Assembly: GCA_016699875.1 (NCBI GenBank)
Contig: CP064989.1
Coordinates: 186,297 to 250,296 of the forward strand
Source of the DNA: Candidatus Moraniibacteriota bacterium
GTDB taxonomy: Bacteria; Patescibacteriota; Minisyncoccia; Moranbacterales; UBA1568
Direction: 5' to 3'
Length of the DNA stretch: 64,000 nucleotides
Part shown: positions 1-10,103 of the stretch, piece by piece
How the letters are laid out: each line of letters begins with the position of its first letter
Numbering within the stretch: position 1 is the first letter of the stretch
The notes under the pieces: model-generated
The model's input: the letters and a program-made list of their open reading frames with translations, nothing else
Database searches by the model: none
Told to the model about the DNA's origin: nothing
Made by a program: the position numbers and the translations under genes

Positions 1-155
1 TTTCCTCCATACGCCGCGCCATATCCTCGCGCAGCATATCCGATTCCGTTTTCCCCGATTGACTCCCTGCACGAAACCGGTCGTATACCAAAAAAATGAC
101 AACACCAATAAGCAGAATAACTACCGATAGAAAAAGCACCTCCATAGTAAAGATA

Positions 156-758
156 TTATCGACGAAGCCCGGCAACAAAACGCTTGAGTTCAGGAACCTT
201 GTTCACTATCTCCTGCATGGGGTTTTCGAGAAATTCCATAAGGAAACGATCCATCATGTTCAGACGATACTGTAGTTCCTCTCCATTCATGAGGACAAAA
301 CGAATCTCCCGACCAATCTCCGCTTCGATATACCCGATCGCACCCTTCAATTTCGCACGACTCGGATTATTCACCACAAGAATCATGTCGGCTTTACTCT
401 TTTGGTAGTTCAAGAAGATGCCCGACACCAGAAGCAGCCGCACATCACCCACAGCCTGCAGCTTCTTAAACATATTCTCATACACGCTTGAGTCGGGACG
501 AGCAAAAAGCAACTGGAGTTCATTGAAAAAAGGAAAGTTCGGATTCATTGAGAAAATCGGCTTCCCCGATTTCGTGCGCTCTATGACAAACTTGATCTTC
601 GCCAGCTGACGCGCTTCGCGCAGAAGAGGACTTCGCAGAAGGATCGCCTTTTCCGCCAGTTCTTCCGTCGTGTATGCTTTCTCGGGATTGAGAATAAAAA
701 GCCGCAACAACCGTGCGCGAGTCTTGGATCCGAACAGCGTCTCAAACATGTCAGACAT
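156..758 (-). CDS. putative transcriptional regulator with N-terminal winged-HTH-like segment (TRARLLRLFILNPEKAYTTEELAEK). ORF track starts at a TTG (797); the ATG giving MSDMFETLF at 758 is more likely.
   Basis: ORF 156..797. wHTH-like motif near N-terminus. Divergent from 906..3296. Confidence 0.45.
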   Translation of the reverse strand: MSDMFETLFGSKTRARLLRLFILNPEKAYTTEELAEKAILLRSPLLREARQLAKIKFVIERTKSGKPIFSMNPNFPFFNELQLLFARPDSSVYENMFKKLQAVGDVRLLLVSGIFLNYQKSKADMILVVNNPSRAKLKGAIGYIEAEIGREIRFVLMNGEELQYRLNMMDRFLMEFLENPMQEIVNKVPELKRFVAGLRR

Positions 759-869
759 ATCAGTATGATAAAGAGGACACCCGCACCTTTCCCTCAATTA
801 TACGAATCGGCCCTGGGAAAGTCAAAACAGCCACAAAATCACTCGAGAATACATTGTGGCCATACCGAA

Positions 870-894
870 GATACTGACGGTTCTGTGGTATAAT
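870..894 (+). promoter_or_regulatory. extended -10 promoter (TGgTATAAT at 886-894) about 12 nt upstream of the ATG at 906; short leader or leaderless
   Basis: tggtataat read directly; no good -35. Confidence 0.4.
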
Positions 895-905
895 AAACGA
901 CATCT

Positions 906-3296
906 ATGGCAAGAAAGACTGCTGCGCCGAAAGCGCCGGAGAAAATTGCGCCGACGGCCGCTGAAATATCCGTTGCTCGAAACGGTTTTTTGAAGCCGTA
1001 TTCGGTTTGTTTTCAGCATCTCCCGGACAATATCGCCCGAGAACCTCTCGGTATGCTTGCTGGCGCCATGACCATACAAGACCGGAGCGAGCACTCCGCC
1101 TACATCGTAAATTTTCTTTCCTCGCTCGCCAAGAAGGAATACTACGGAAATCCCCGCAGAGGAGCCATCGAAAGTTTCGAGGCAGCGCTTCACAAAGTCA
1201 ATGTCGGACTCGCCGAACTCGCCAAAGAAGGCAATACCGAGTGGATCGGCACACTCGACGCAGCACTGTGCATTATCGAACGAAACAATCTGCATTTTTC
1301 AGTTGCAGGAAAAGCAAAGGTACTCCTCTTTCGAGAGAAACGACTTTCCGACATCAGCGAGGGACTGGCTGATCCGGACAATGATCATCCGATGAAAACG
1401 TTTACCGATGTAGCCAGCGGAAAAATCTCGCCCGGAGACCGAATACTCGTTACAACACCGGAAATATTCTCTATTCTTTCAGAAACAGAACTCGAACGGT
1501 CTGCCAACCGACTACCGAATCACCAATTTGAACAGTTCCTACAAACAGCCGCCATCAACCAGCTTGATATATCCGCCAGTGTTTTCATCACGATTGGAAC
1601 CATAACGGAATACGAGCGAAAGCCAGCTCCGAAACGTACGCTCGCTACCGTTGATTCCATACCAAACGCTTGGAGCCATACGATTTTCGAATCTTCGAAA
1701 CAACTCGGCAACAGCATTGAGGATACTTTGCGAGAGAAAAAGAACCACGAACAAGATCGTATTGACGATAAGACGGGACATATCTATGTCACCGGAGAAG
1801 CGCCGGCCGAGGAAACAAACGAAACATGGGAACGCATGAGTATACTCCTCGAGGACATCAGCACATCGATTCGAGACTTCGGAACGCGCCTCGGAAGAAA
1901 CTTGATTCCCGCTTTACTCTCCGGAGCTCGAGCGACATGGTCGTTTATCACAAGCACTACCTCCAAAATAATCGCCGCTATCTACGCTTCAAGAGAAAAC
2001 CAACTCTCGAAGATATCTCAAACAGCTGAGTTACTATCGTCATCGACATCATCAAAGAACTTCGAACCCCGCCATACTCCTCTCGCCGCCACCAAAACCA
2101 CATTCGATGAACAACCCCCATCCCAATGGTCGACGATCCCAAAAACATTCATTGAGAAAATTCGAAGAACTATTCACATAGTCCCTTATATTGCTTCGGT
2201 TAAACAAGCCACCGAGCACGTCCCCATGCGCAGAGAATCAGCATCCACTGCCATCATTGGTCGATTATTTCAAGCAGGAAAAGCGATTTTGTTGCATTGC
2301 ACACACATCCTCTCCCGACTGAAGACATTTTTCGACACTCTTCCCACACAAAAACAACAGACACTAAGAAAAACAGGGCTTGCCATTGTCGGCATAAGCG
2401 TTATATTCCTACTTGCCTGGACATTGGTCACAAGAAAGGAATCCACAGAAACAACGCTCGAAGAATCTGAGAAAATCGAGGATACATCCAAGGAAACAGT
2501 GCGAGAACTCAGTCAAGATACAAACATACACTTCGTAGAGCAATCACCCGCCATAGCAACCATTGCCGATATCGTAAGCATCGAGAGTCTTCAGGAGAAC
2601 GTCTTCTTTATCACAAAAGACGCGATCTACGCAGCCGGATCAGACGGAGAAAATGCCATAAGAACAGCCTACCCGGATGGCAAGACAGCAAAACGGGGAG
2701 CCTCTATGCCGGATCTTGGCGCCATTCTTATCTTAACCGAAGATGGAGCCGTTCTCTTTTTCACTCCCGCCACACATCGCTTTGCCGATGAACACTCCTT
2801 ACTTCCAAACGCAGCCGATATCACCAATATTGCCGCATCATCCACTTACCTCTATGCACTGGACCCTGCAGACAACGTGCTTTCTCGCTATCCGCGCGCC
2901 GAGGGCGGATTCGGACCCGCAACATCGTGGTTCCGAGAATCCGTGTCCATACAGCCGGAATCCACAATTGCCGTAAGCGATTCCGTCTTTATCGCTGACA
3001 CCTCAGGTATTCATGTCTATTTCCGCGGAAACCTGCAAGCAAAAATATTTGAATCCTCGACAACGCCGATTTTCCCTACCGATATATTTGTCACTTCTCA
3101 AGAGAACTCAGGGCAGCTCTTTATACTTGACGGCACCGTGGGACGCATTGTCCGCTACGATGTCGATACCGGGTCAATCACGGCACAATATGCACACGAC
3201 GCCCTCAAAGGAGCAACACATTTTTCCATCAATGAAACCACTCAAACCGCATTCGTATCCATTGGCGATGCCATTCACATCATCGATATGGAGTAG
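906..3296 (+). CDS. large membrane protein. N-terminal PP2C/SpoIIE-like (possibly degenerate) phosphatase-fold domain, central TM helix (GLAIVGISVIFLLAWTLV), C-terminal repeat-rich, probably beta-propeller, extracytoplasmic domain.
   Basis: 796-aa ORF. Motifs resembling PP2C blocks: IGTLDAALCII, VAGKAKVLLFREKRLSDIS, ISPGDRILVTTPEIF. Hydrophobic segment. Repeated hydrophobic-turn motifs at C-terminus. Confidence 0.6.
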   Translation: MARKTAAPKAPEKIAPTAAEISVARNGFLKPYSVCFQHLPDNIAREPLGMLAGAMTIQDRSEHSAYIVNFLSSLAKKEYYGNPRRGAIESFEAALHKVNVGLAELAKEGNTEWIGTLDAALCIIERNNLHFSVAGKAKVLLFREKRLSDISEGLADPDNDHPMKTFTDVASGKISPGDRILVTTPEIFSILSETELERSANRLPNHQFEQFLQTAAINQLDISASVFITIGTITEYERKPAPKRTLATVDSIPNAWSHTIFESSKQLGNSIEDTLREKKNHEQDRIDDKTGHIYVTGEAPAEETNETWERMSILLEDISTSIRDFGTRLGRNLIPALLSGARATWSFITSTTSKIIAAIYASRENQLSKISQTAELLSSSTSSKNFEPRHTPLAATKTTFDEQPPSQWSTIPKTFIEKIRRTIHIVPYIASVKQATEHVPMRRESASTAIIGRLFQAGKAILLHCTHILSRLKTFFDTLPTQKQQTLRKTGLAIVGISVIFLLAWTLVTRKESTETTLEESEKIEDTSKETVRELSQDTNIHFVEQSPAIATIADIVSIESLQENVFFITKDAIYAAGSDGENAIRTAYPDGKTAKRGASMPDLGAILILTEDGAVLFFTPATHRFADEHSLLPNAADITNIAASSTYLYALDPADNVLSRYPRAEGGFGPATSWFRESVSIQPESTIAVSDSVFIADTSGIHVYFRGNLQAKIFESSTTPIFPTDIFVTSQENSGQLFILDGTVGRIVRYDVDTGSITAQYAHDALKGATHFSINETTQTAFVSIGDAIHIIDME

Positions 3297-3349
3297 ATCA
3301 TCAACACTATATCTGTTTGCTCGTGCCACAATTTACAAGAAGAGAAACG

Positions 3350-4465
3350 TCATCCAAGGAATCTTTCTTGCCTTTTCTGAAGAACTCGATCGAGGTATAA
3401 CCGAATTTTCTCCGAAAACACCGACTGATCAAAAGCAAGCGATTTCCGTCGAATATCTTCGGCATCATAATCATGATCGCGAAATTTTCGCACAGCGGCA
3501 ACAATATCGCCAACTGTCTGTCGTTCAAAGAATACACCCATCCTTCCCTCTTCAAGGTGCTCCGGAATATCACCGCCACGAAATGCAATGAGCGGCCTTC
3601 CGGATGCGAATGCCTCGAAAGCCACGATGCCAAAGTCTTCTTCCTGTGGGAAAATAAATGCTCGGCATGAACTATAATAACGCGGCAAGTCGACATCCGG
3701 AACGCGTCCCAGAAATTCCACGGTCGGCCCAGCAAGCCGTTTCAACCGAGCATATTCAGGACCTCTTCCGATAATCTTCAATGGGAGCTGCAATTCATTA
3801 AAGGCTCGGATAGCAATATCGTGCCGTTTGTAAGCGATCAGTCTCCCCACCATCAGGAAATAATTCTCTCTACCGGCAGGAGGCATCAGACCAAACGCAC
3901 GCACATCGACTGGCGGATGAATAATCTCTGCCGAACGATGATAGTATTTCCATATGCGATCGGCAACAAATTGGGAATTCGCAATAATAAAATCCGGTCG
4001 ATTCGCGCTCACCTGATCCCAAAGACGAACCGGACTCATGAAGAAGGGAATAGCTTTCTTTACGATACGAGGGAGACCGAAATCTTCAACATACTTGTGG
4101 CAGTCATCCCATGCATACCGCATGGGCGTATGCATATAGCACACATGGGTCGTGCGAGGATCTGTGATCACGCCCTTGGCATAACTCGAAGAATCAGACA
4201 GAACCAAATCAAACCCTCGAAAATCAAACTGTTCTATGGCAAGCGGCATAAGCACCGGAAAGAACCGGTGATTTCGCTTTGCCCAAGGAACTCTCTGGAG
4301 AAATGAGGTACGAATGTCCCGACCCTCAAAAGCGCCATGCATCGCCTCCTTATCATAAATGAGCGTGAAAATCGGCGCTTCCGGAAACATTTCCGCAAAC
4401 ACCTCAAGCACCCGTTCAGCTCCTCCGTACTGAACCAAATAATCATGCACCAACGCTACCTTCAT
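3350..4465 (-). CDS. glycosyltransferase family 4 (GT-B, group 1)
   Basis: 371 aa. Starts MKVALVHDYLVQYGGAERV. C-terminal EDFGIVAFEAFASGRPLIA is typical of GT4 enzymes. Confidence 0.85.
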   Translation of the reverse strand: MKVALVHDYLVQYGGAERVLEVFAEMFPEAPIFTLIYDKEAMHGAFEGRDIRTSFLQRVPWAKRNHRFFPVLMPLAIEQFDFRGFDLVLSDSSSYAKGVITDPRTTHVCYMHTPMRYAWDDCHKYVEDFGLPRIVKKAIPFFMSPVRLWDQVSANRPDFIIANSQFVADRIWKYYHRSAEIIHPPVDVRAFGLMPPAGRENYFLMVGRLIAYKRHDIAIRAFNELQLPLKIIGRGPEYARLKRLAGPTVEFLGRVPDVDLPRYYSSCRAFIFPQEEDFGIVAFEAFASGRPLIAFRGGDIPEHLEEGRMGVFFERQTVGDIVAAVRKFRDHDYDAEDIRRKSLAFDQSVFSEKIRLYLDRVLQKRQERFLG

Positions 4466-4486
4466 ACATCAGAGGCCACGCATCCA

Positions 4487-4837
4487 TCACGACTCACCCG
4501 ACTTCCGAAATGTCCGACCAAACGCCCAACCGAGCAAAGAGAAAAGAAAAGCACCAAGAAGCGCTGACCCAAAAGAAGTGACTCGAAATCCCGACACCAT
4601 CTGAGAGAGCAACCAGAAAAGAAACCCGTTTACGACGAATGTAAAAAGACCGAGCGTCAAAATAGTTACCGGGAGCGTAAGAAGGAGAAGAATCGGACGT
4701 ATTGTGATACTAATACATCCCCAGAGAAGAGCTAACCACAAAGCTGTTCCAAAATCACGAATCTCAATGCCCGGAACAATATTGGCAATAACCAAAAAGA
4801 GCACGGCATTGACTATCCAAAGAGCAAGGAGATGCAT
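4487..4837 (-). CDS. DUF360 / phage-holin-IV-like small polytopic membrane protein (start uncertain; ORF extends to 4948)
   Basis: Multiple TM helices. PGIEIRDFGTALWLALLWG and RPILLLLTLPVTILTLGLF resemble the DUF360 family. Confidence 0.55.
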   Translation of the reverse strand: MHLLALWIVNAVLFLVIANIVPGIEIRDFGTALWLALLWGCISITIRPILLLLTLPVTILTLGLFTFVVNGFLFWLLSQMVSGFRVTSFGSALLGAFLFSLLGWAFGRTFRKSGES

Positions 4838-4973
4838 AGTGGAGAATAAACCCAAAAGAATACGCGTCCTTATTATAGACGAAAATATCCACCCTTCAAA
4901 GAGCACGCAACCACACAAAAAGCTACCTGTACAATTCAGGTAGCTCACAAAAAGAAGATGCGAAAAAAATTAT

Positions 4974-5291
4974 CTACTTTGCAACAGCAATCTTTGTCAC
5001 CTCAACCTCTGTGTATGGCTGACGATGACCAAATTTCATCCGATACCGCTTCTTCGGCTTATGTTTGATACCCCACACCTTATCAGCCCGCCCCTGTTCC
5101 ACAATTTTAGCAATTACAGAAGCTTTCGAGACCAATGGAGTCCCTACTTGTACCGACTGTTCATCCCCTACCAAGAGCACTTCGGAAAAGGTAATGACAT
5201 CACCAACACCCCCTTCTATTTTCTCCAAGCGAAGCTTCTCGCCTTCAAGCGCTCGATACTGTTTCCCTCCCGTCTTAATAATAGCAATCAT
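4974..5291 (-). CDS. rplU: 50S ribosomal protein L21
   Basis: MIAIIKTGGKQYRALEGEKLRLEKI...GHRQPYTEVEVTKI matches the L21 pattern. Confidence 0.9.
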   Translation of the reverse strand: MIAIIKTGGKQYRALEGEKLRLEKIEGGVGDVITFSEVLLVGDEQSVQVGTPLVSKASVIAKIVEQGRADKVWGIKHKPKKRYRMKFGHRQPYTEVEVTKIAVAK

Positions 5292-5321
5292 AGTGTAAGC
5301 CCCTAAAACAAAGCAATATTC

Positions 5322-5350
5322 ACTCTACTCAAGAATACGAATTTTGTCAA
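5322..5350 (-). promoter_or_regulatory. sigma70-like promoter for rplU (TTGACA-N17-TAGAGT on minus strand), overlapping the alaS stop
   Basis: -35 at 5345-5350 and -10 at 5322-5327, read from sequence. Confidence 0.4.
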
Positions 5351-7227
5351 ACAGCGTCTTCTAACACTGCTTTCACCCGCCGCACACCAGCCGAGGACGC
5401 CTCTTCCTTTACGATTCGAAAGTGTCCCATCGAACCAGTAGCAACAACATGTGGTCCGCCGCAAAGCTCCGCGGAGTATGCCGTTCCATCAGCACTTTTT
5501 ATACAATAAACAGTCACTTTATCCGGATATTTTTCCCAAAAACTCCCTTCAACACCAGTCGATCGAGCCGTCTCCTTATCCATAATATCCGTCTCAACCA
5601 TGCAATTCGCCCGTATCGCCTCATTCACATATGACTCAACTTTATCAAGCACCTCCCTTGGAACTTTCTCCGGATAGGTGAAATCGAACCGCGCTCGTTC
5701 CTCGGTAATGTTCGATCCCGCTTGATGCACGCCTTCGCCAAGGTATTTCCGAAGTCCCGCAAGCATGAGATGCGTAGCCGTGTGCAATTTTGTTGTTCTT
5801 TCACTGGTATCGGCAAGACCCCCTTTAAACTTCCCTGCCGATGCCGTCCGAGAGAGAGTCCGATGCTTCTCAAATTCATCATGAAACGCCGACTCATCAA
5901 TGGAGATTTCATTCTCACTGGCAAGTTCACGCGTCATTTCATAGGGAAATCCATATGTCGCAAAGAGATCGAAAGCGTCTTTCCCCGAGAGATTCCCGGA
6001 CTCGATCCGCTTATCAAACTCTCTCATCCCACGATCAAGCGTTGTTCGAAATTTCACTTCTTCATCGCTCAGTGCGCGCAGTATCCCCTCCTCCTGCTCG
6101 GCCAAAGTCGGATAGACACTGGAATAGGAGTGAATAAACGAGCGAGCTATGCTGTCAACGAAGTTATCCGAAATCATCAGCTCTTTTCCAAAACGAACCG
6201 CACGACGAATAAGTCGGCGTACAAAATATCCCTGATCCTTATTTGACGGCATAACACCATCCGCCACCAAAAAAGTTGCCGCTCGAAGATGATCGAGAAC
6301 CACTCGAAAAGCATAGGTGTCCTCTCGGCGTTCTCCGTACCGCCTCGCCGAAAGCGTTTCAAGAACTGCGCACGCATCATAAAAAACATCGACCCGAAAG
6401 ATATCCGGATCATCATGTACCGCTACCGCAATCCGCTCAAGCCCTCCTCCGAAATCAACATTCGGCTTCGGAAGCTTCTCGAATCCCTCGGCAGTTTTTA
6501 TGTATTCCATGAATACGTTATTGCCGATCTCGACAAATCGCCCACAGTCACAATTCACATGGCAAGGAGCATCCTTCCAGACCGATGCCTCGTGAAGACC
6601 CCGATATTCGCCAAAATCCCAAAACATTTCCGTATCCGGACCGCCTGGTTCACCACTGGGCATATTCTCCGGCACACCAACTCTCGACCACCAATTCTTC
6701 TTGTCGCCATAGTAAAAAATTCGCCCGCCACGCATCCCTTTTTCTTCAGCATCTTCAACAATAGTCACAGAAACTCCCGATTGTTCCAGAAGCGATTTCC
6801 ACAGTTGTGCCGACTCTTCATCACGCGGAATGCCGAGGGAACTATTGCCGCTGTAACACGTAAAGTAAAGTCTGGACGGATCAAGAGCAAGCTCCTTGGT
6901 CAGAAAATCCCACATCCACGCAATCTGTTCCCGCTTAAAATAATCGCCAAACGACCAATTGCCAAGCATTTCAAAAAACGTCGTATGCCGATTGTCTCCC
7001 ACTTCTTCGATATCCTGCGAACGGAAGCATTTCTGCGAATCCGCGAGTCGTGTCCCGAGAGGATGTGATTCGCCCAAAAGATATGGCACCATCGGCTGCA
7101 TGCCACTCCCTGTAAAGAGTGTTGACGGATCATTCTCCGGGACCAGAGACGACGAAGGCACCAGAGCGTGCCCTCTTTTTCCAAAGAATTGAAGATATTT
7201 TTCCCGAATTTCCCGCACAGTCAACAT
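5347..7227 (-). CDS. alaS: alanyl-tRNA synthetase, short form (~626 aa). The ORF's N-terminal 13 codons are probably not translated; the start is likely MLTVREIREKYLQFF.
   Basis: Class II AlaRS N-terminal motifs (REKYLQFF, FTGSGMQPMVPY, GNWSFGDYFK) and editing-domain segment (HTATHLMLAGLRKYLGEGVHQAGS). Much shorter than the ~875-aa E. coli enzyme. Confidence 0.9.
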   Translation of the reverse strand: MLTVREIREKYLQFFGKRGHALVPSSSLVPENDPSTLFTGSGMQPMVPYLLGESHPLGTRLADSQKCFRSQDIEEVGDNRHTTFFEMLGNWSFGDYFKREQIAWMWDFLTKELALDPSRLYFTCYSGNSSLGIPRDEESAQLWKSLLEQSGVSVTIVEDAEEKGMRGGRIFYYGDKKNWWSRVGVPENMPSGEPGGPDTEMFWDFGEYRGLHEASVWKDAPCHVNCDCGRFVEIGNNVFMEYIKTAEGFEKLPKPNVDFGGGLERIAVAVHDDPDIFRVDVFYDACAVLETLSARRYGERREDTYAFRVVLDHLRAATFLVADGVMPSNKDQGYFVRRLIRRAVRFGKELMISDNFVDSIARSFIHSYSSVYPTLAEQEEGILRALSDEEVKFRTTLDRGMREFDKRIESGNLSGKDAFDLFATYGFPYEMTRELASENEISIDESAFHDEFEKHRTLSRTASAGKFKGGLADTSERTTKLHTATHLMLAGLRKYLGEGVHQAGSNITEERARFDFTYPEKVPREVLDKVESYVNEAIRANCMVETDIMDKETARSTGVEGSFWEKYPDKVTVYCIKSADGTAYSAELCGGPHVVATGSMGHFRIVKEEASSAGVRRVKAVLEDAV

Positions 7228-7252
7228 ACAGACAAATACCTTCCAAAGAAGT

Positions 7253-7504
7253 TTAGGCAAAATCAATTTTTTTCTGCAAACTCCGAATTTCGGTAGAACT
7301 CAGATAGATCTTAAATGATTTCAGGACATCCGCTATGCTTTGCGCCAAGTCTTCTCGCTTTACATCTCCTCTCTCAAAGGAGGCGCCAAGAGTAAACATC
7401 TTTCCATCAAAAAAACTTCGAGCAGCGTCAATAGTCTCCCGTTGTCCAGATGTCAGAAATTCCTCTGCAATCCGCTGAATCTTTCTTTTGTCTATATACC
7501 CCAT
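7253..7504 (-). CDS. hypothetical 83-aa protein
   Basis: ATG-start ORF, tightly packed in the operon (33-nt gap to upstream gene). No recognisable motif. Confidence 0.35.
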   Translation of the reverse strand: MGYIDKRKIQRIAEEFLTSGQRETIDAARSFFDGKMFTLGASFERGDVKREDLAQSIADVLKSFKIYLSSTEIRSLQKKIDFA

Positions 7505-7537
7505 AAAGAGCAGTTAAAGAATGAATAATGGCAAAAT

Positions 7538-7843
7538 CTATAGCACCACCAACCGTTTTTTTGCCAGACGGATGCTTTCTTCGATCGTTCGAAGTTCAGC
7601 ATCATCTTTCTTGCCCTGTGCTTCAGCACGCTCTATTTCCACCTGGATACGGCGGAGTTCGGTTTGAAGCTTGCGAAGGGCAAGATCTCGATCTGTCTTT
7701 TGACGTTCTAATTTCAGCCGATCGCTATAGAGGAGTGACAGATCCGATTCAACGCGACGAATAGCTGCCTTTCGCTCATTGGGAGAGAGCGTCTTCCCAT
7801 GCATATCCGGTCGAGCAGTAATTCGCGGTCCAAATAATGCCAT
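7538..7843 (-). CDS. hypothetical small coiled-coil protein (ORF track begins at GTG 7882; ATG at 7843 gives MALFGPRIT...)
   Basis: Heptad-rich C-terminus: LKLERQKTDRDLALRKLQTELRRIQVEIERAEAQGKK. Confidence 0.4.
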   Translation of the reverse strand: MALFGPRITARPDMHGKTLSPNERKAAIRRVESDLSLLYSDRLKLERQKTDRDLALRKLQTELRRIQVEIERAEAQGKKDDAELRTIEESIRLAKKRLVVL

Positions 7844-7913
7844 AGGAGACAGAGAACAACAGACAAAAATCCCGCCACCCACAGAATAGAGGGGTTCCTC
7901 AAGAAATGCAAGT

Positions 7914-10058
7914 TTAAGGTGACACTCCGCTCGATACTGACTCTACCTTCACTGATACCTGCGAAGAGCGGCTCGGTATGCGACTCGTCATAAACTTCGG
8001 CCAGAATACAACTTCGATTTTCTGAATATCCGGATAATCAGCAAAAACCGCTTGCACATCACCGACACTTTTACCGAGAATACTCTGTTTTATCTGTTCA
8101 ATATCCATATCCTGACCTTTTGCAAACGAAACCCGAACTTTTACACCGAGTGTCTTTGCGGTGAAATCCGGATGTGGCACCGTGTACTCTACCTGAATGT
8201 CTTCCGGTTTCGCCCCGTCACCCAGGAGCGCCGCGGCAACTGTCTGAATATCAGACTCGGAAAATACCAGCGCACGCACAGACACATGCGCACGAAAGTC
8301 AAAACTCGACGCAACCGCGCCAACGCTTGGGAATGCTCCGGAAGAAAGCGTCTCCGAAAGAATAGCGTCATCCAAAAGCTTCTCTCCCGGCTGAAGGTCT
8401 TTCTCAAGTTCATCACGTAGCAATTCCGGAAGCGCCTTAAGCGTTGATTCCTTGGCACGAGCAACATCATCAGCTGAAACAGAAGCCACCTCCCCATCGC
8501 TTCCGCCGCCTCCTTCAAAGGATTGTGACGAAGAAGCAGTGATTTTCTCATATTTCGGACTTCCTTTGAGACCGGGAATGGTAAATGTGGTTGATTCGAG
8601 ATTATATTCTTCGCCCGACGAGTCAGCAACCACTTCAGCGTCGACCGTCCCGGGAACGGATTGCCCATCTTGCTCTTTCATGCCGGGAACAGTCACATTT
8701 TTAACCAGACGAAATATCTTTCCGTTCGGAGATTCAAAGCGCGTTGTTGCCACCAGAGACTGCTCGCTTGTTCCAAATGCATTCGATATCGTAACCATTC
8801 CGCGAGCACGTTTGTCGGATACGGATGCCTGCCCCGTACTAGGAAATGATTGGGATATATCCTTTTCCGTCTCCACTACGCGAAGCGGGATATACTTCTT
8901 TTCTGTATCAACAGATTCCTGATCCACACGCGCTATTATCTCAGCATCAAGTGATGCTGAATGTTCCTTGGCAATAACAGTCACATCGGCACGCGGAACG
9001 AAGATAACCAGAGACACGCCAGTGACAGCAAGCAAAGAAAGAGCAACTCCGCCAAATAATACCAACCGAAAAACACGATGTCCTCCGGATTTGGATGTGT
9101 CTGGGGTATTTGGAGTACTCTTCGGCAAAGACTTACCACCCGTGGAAGGCGTCGAAACGCCCTTCTGATAAAAACGAGAGAGAGCACTCTGATCGACTCC
9201 GGATGAGATAGCACCCTGCGGCGATGCCGCAGGAGAAGACGGGGCTGGCATTGAAGCCGGCTGAGCATTCGGAGCTTTCGAAGAAGAACCGGGAAGCGCC
9301 GGCGAGAGAGGTGTCTCCGGAGCCGAAAAAGTAAACGACACCCGAGATGCAGTATCCGAAGCCATCCTCGAAGGAGGAGCTGTGTCCGGTGTTCGATACG
9401 CGACATTCGAGTCCCGAGCAGCAATATCACGAGCAACTCCCGACGGAGATACTTCTGGCGGAGGCGGAGAGAAACTCGTTGCAGAATTCAATGCAGTTAA
9501 CCGCTTTGGTGTTCGATCTCGAACCGGAACCGTCCGGGAGGTCGTCGGCGCCGAAATCGGACCGGGAAGACGTGCAGGATCAGCTGATTGAACCGTAGAA
9601 GGAGAACTCTGCTGAGGAGCCATGTCCGGCTCGGACCCGCGAGCAACAAAGAAGCTCGATGACCCGATAGATTCGGAGTGCAATCGCGACACCGGGCTCG
9701 GAGCAGAGCCATCCTTCTGATCGGACGATGGCGACATTCCCGATTGAACTTGCGGGATTCGTGCCGGAAGAGACGCTTTCGGAGGCAGGTGCGCCCCGGG
9801 AATACCCTCCAGAGAAGTCCTCGACTCAACGCCCGCTTTTTCAGCAAGCGCCTGAGACTCCGCATCCGGCACCACCAACGAAAGATGCTTCTTCATCTTC
9901 TTCGCCTCCCGGTCAAGCAGGCGAAGATTAACCAGACTCCGCATGAACAACGCATGTCTCGGCACAACCAAGAACACATCCGCATCCGACGCCTTCCGTA
10001 ACCGGCCGATCACAGAAATAATTTCTTCATCCGGATCAATATATGCGATATGCGACAT
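7914..10058 (-). CDS. large bitopic membrane protein. ~100-aa cytoplasmic N-domain, ~200-aa Pro/Ser/Ala/Thr-rich low-complexity linker, one TM helix (VFRLVLFGGVALSLLAVTGVSLVIFV), ~370-aa extracytoplasmic domain. Located immediately downstream of ftsA.
   Basis: ORF 7914..10091 (TTG start in track; ATG at 10058). Composition and hydropathy read from the translation. Confidence 0.6.
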   Translation of the reverse strand: MSHIAYIDPDEEIISVIGRLRKASDADVFLVVPRHALFMRSLVNLRLLDREAKKMKKHLSLVVPDAESQALAEKAGVESRTSLEGIPGAHLPPKASLPARIPQVQSGMSPSSDQKDGSAPSPVSRLHSESIGSSSFFVARGSEPDMAPQQSSPSTVQSADPARLPGPISAPTTSRTVPVRDRTPKRLTALNSATSFSPPPPEVSPSGVARDIAARDSNVAYRTPDTAPPSRMASDTASRVSFTFSAPETPLSPALPGSSSKAPNAQPASMPAPSSPAASPQGAISSGVDQSALSRFYQKGVSTPSTGGKSLPKSTPNTPDTSKSGGHRVFRLVLFGGVALSLLAVTGVSLVIFVPRADVTVIAKEHSASLDAEIIARVDQESVDTEKKYIPLRVVETEKDISQSFPSTGQASVSDKRARGMVTISNAFGTSEQSLVATTRFESPNGKIFRLVKNVTVPGMKEQDGQSVPGTVDAEVVADSSGEEYNLESTTFTIPGLKGSPKYEKITASSSQSFEGGGGSDGEVASVSADDVARAKESTLKALPELLRDELEKDLQPGEKLLDDAILSETLSSGAFPSVGAVASSFDFRAHVSVRALVFSESDIQTVAAALLGDGAKPEDIQVEYTVPHPDFTAKTLGVKVRVSFAKGQDMDIEQIKQSILGKSVGDVQAVFADYPDIQKIEVVFWPKFMTSRIPSRSSQVSVKVESVSSGVSP

Positions 10059-10103
10059 AGAATATATGCTGAGAGTTTTGTTTTTGAGCAATTTTGAAAA
10101 ACA

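Noticed and set aside
6289-7068. 259-aa plus-strand ORF inside alaS (antisense). Similar long antisense ORFs occur at 25558..26616 (inside xth/tsaC), 27669..28427 (inside miaB), 39764..40227 and elsewhere.
   Set aside because: They are fully embedded antisense to genes with strong homology-like motifs. They have no SD or promoter, and Arg/Ser-rich composition typical of GC-rich antisense frames.
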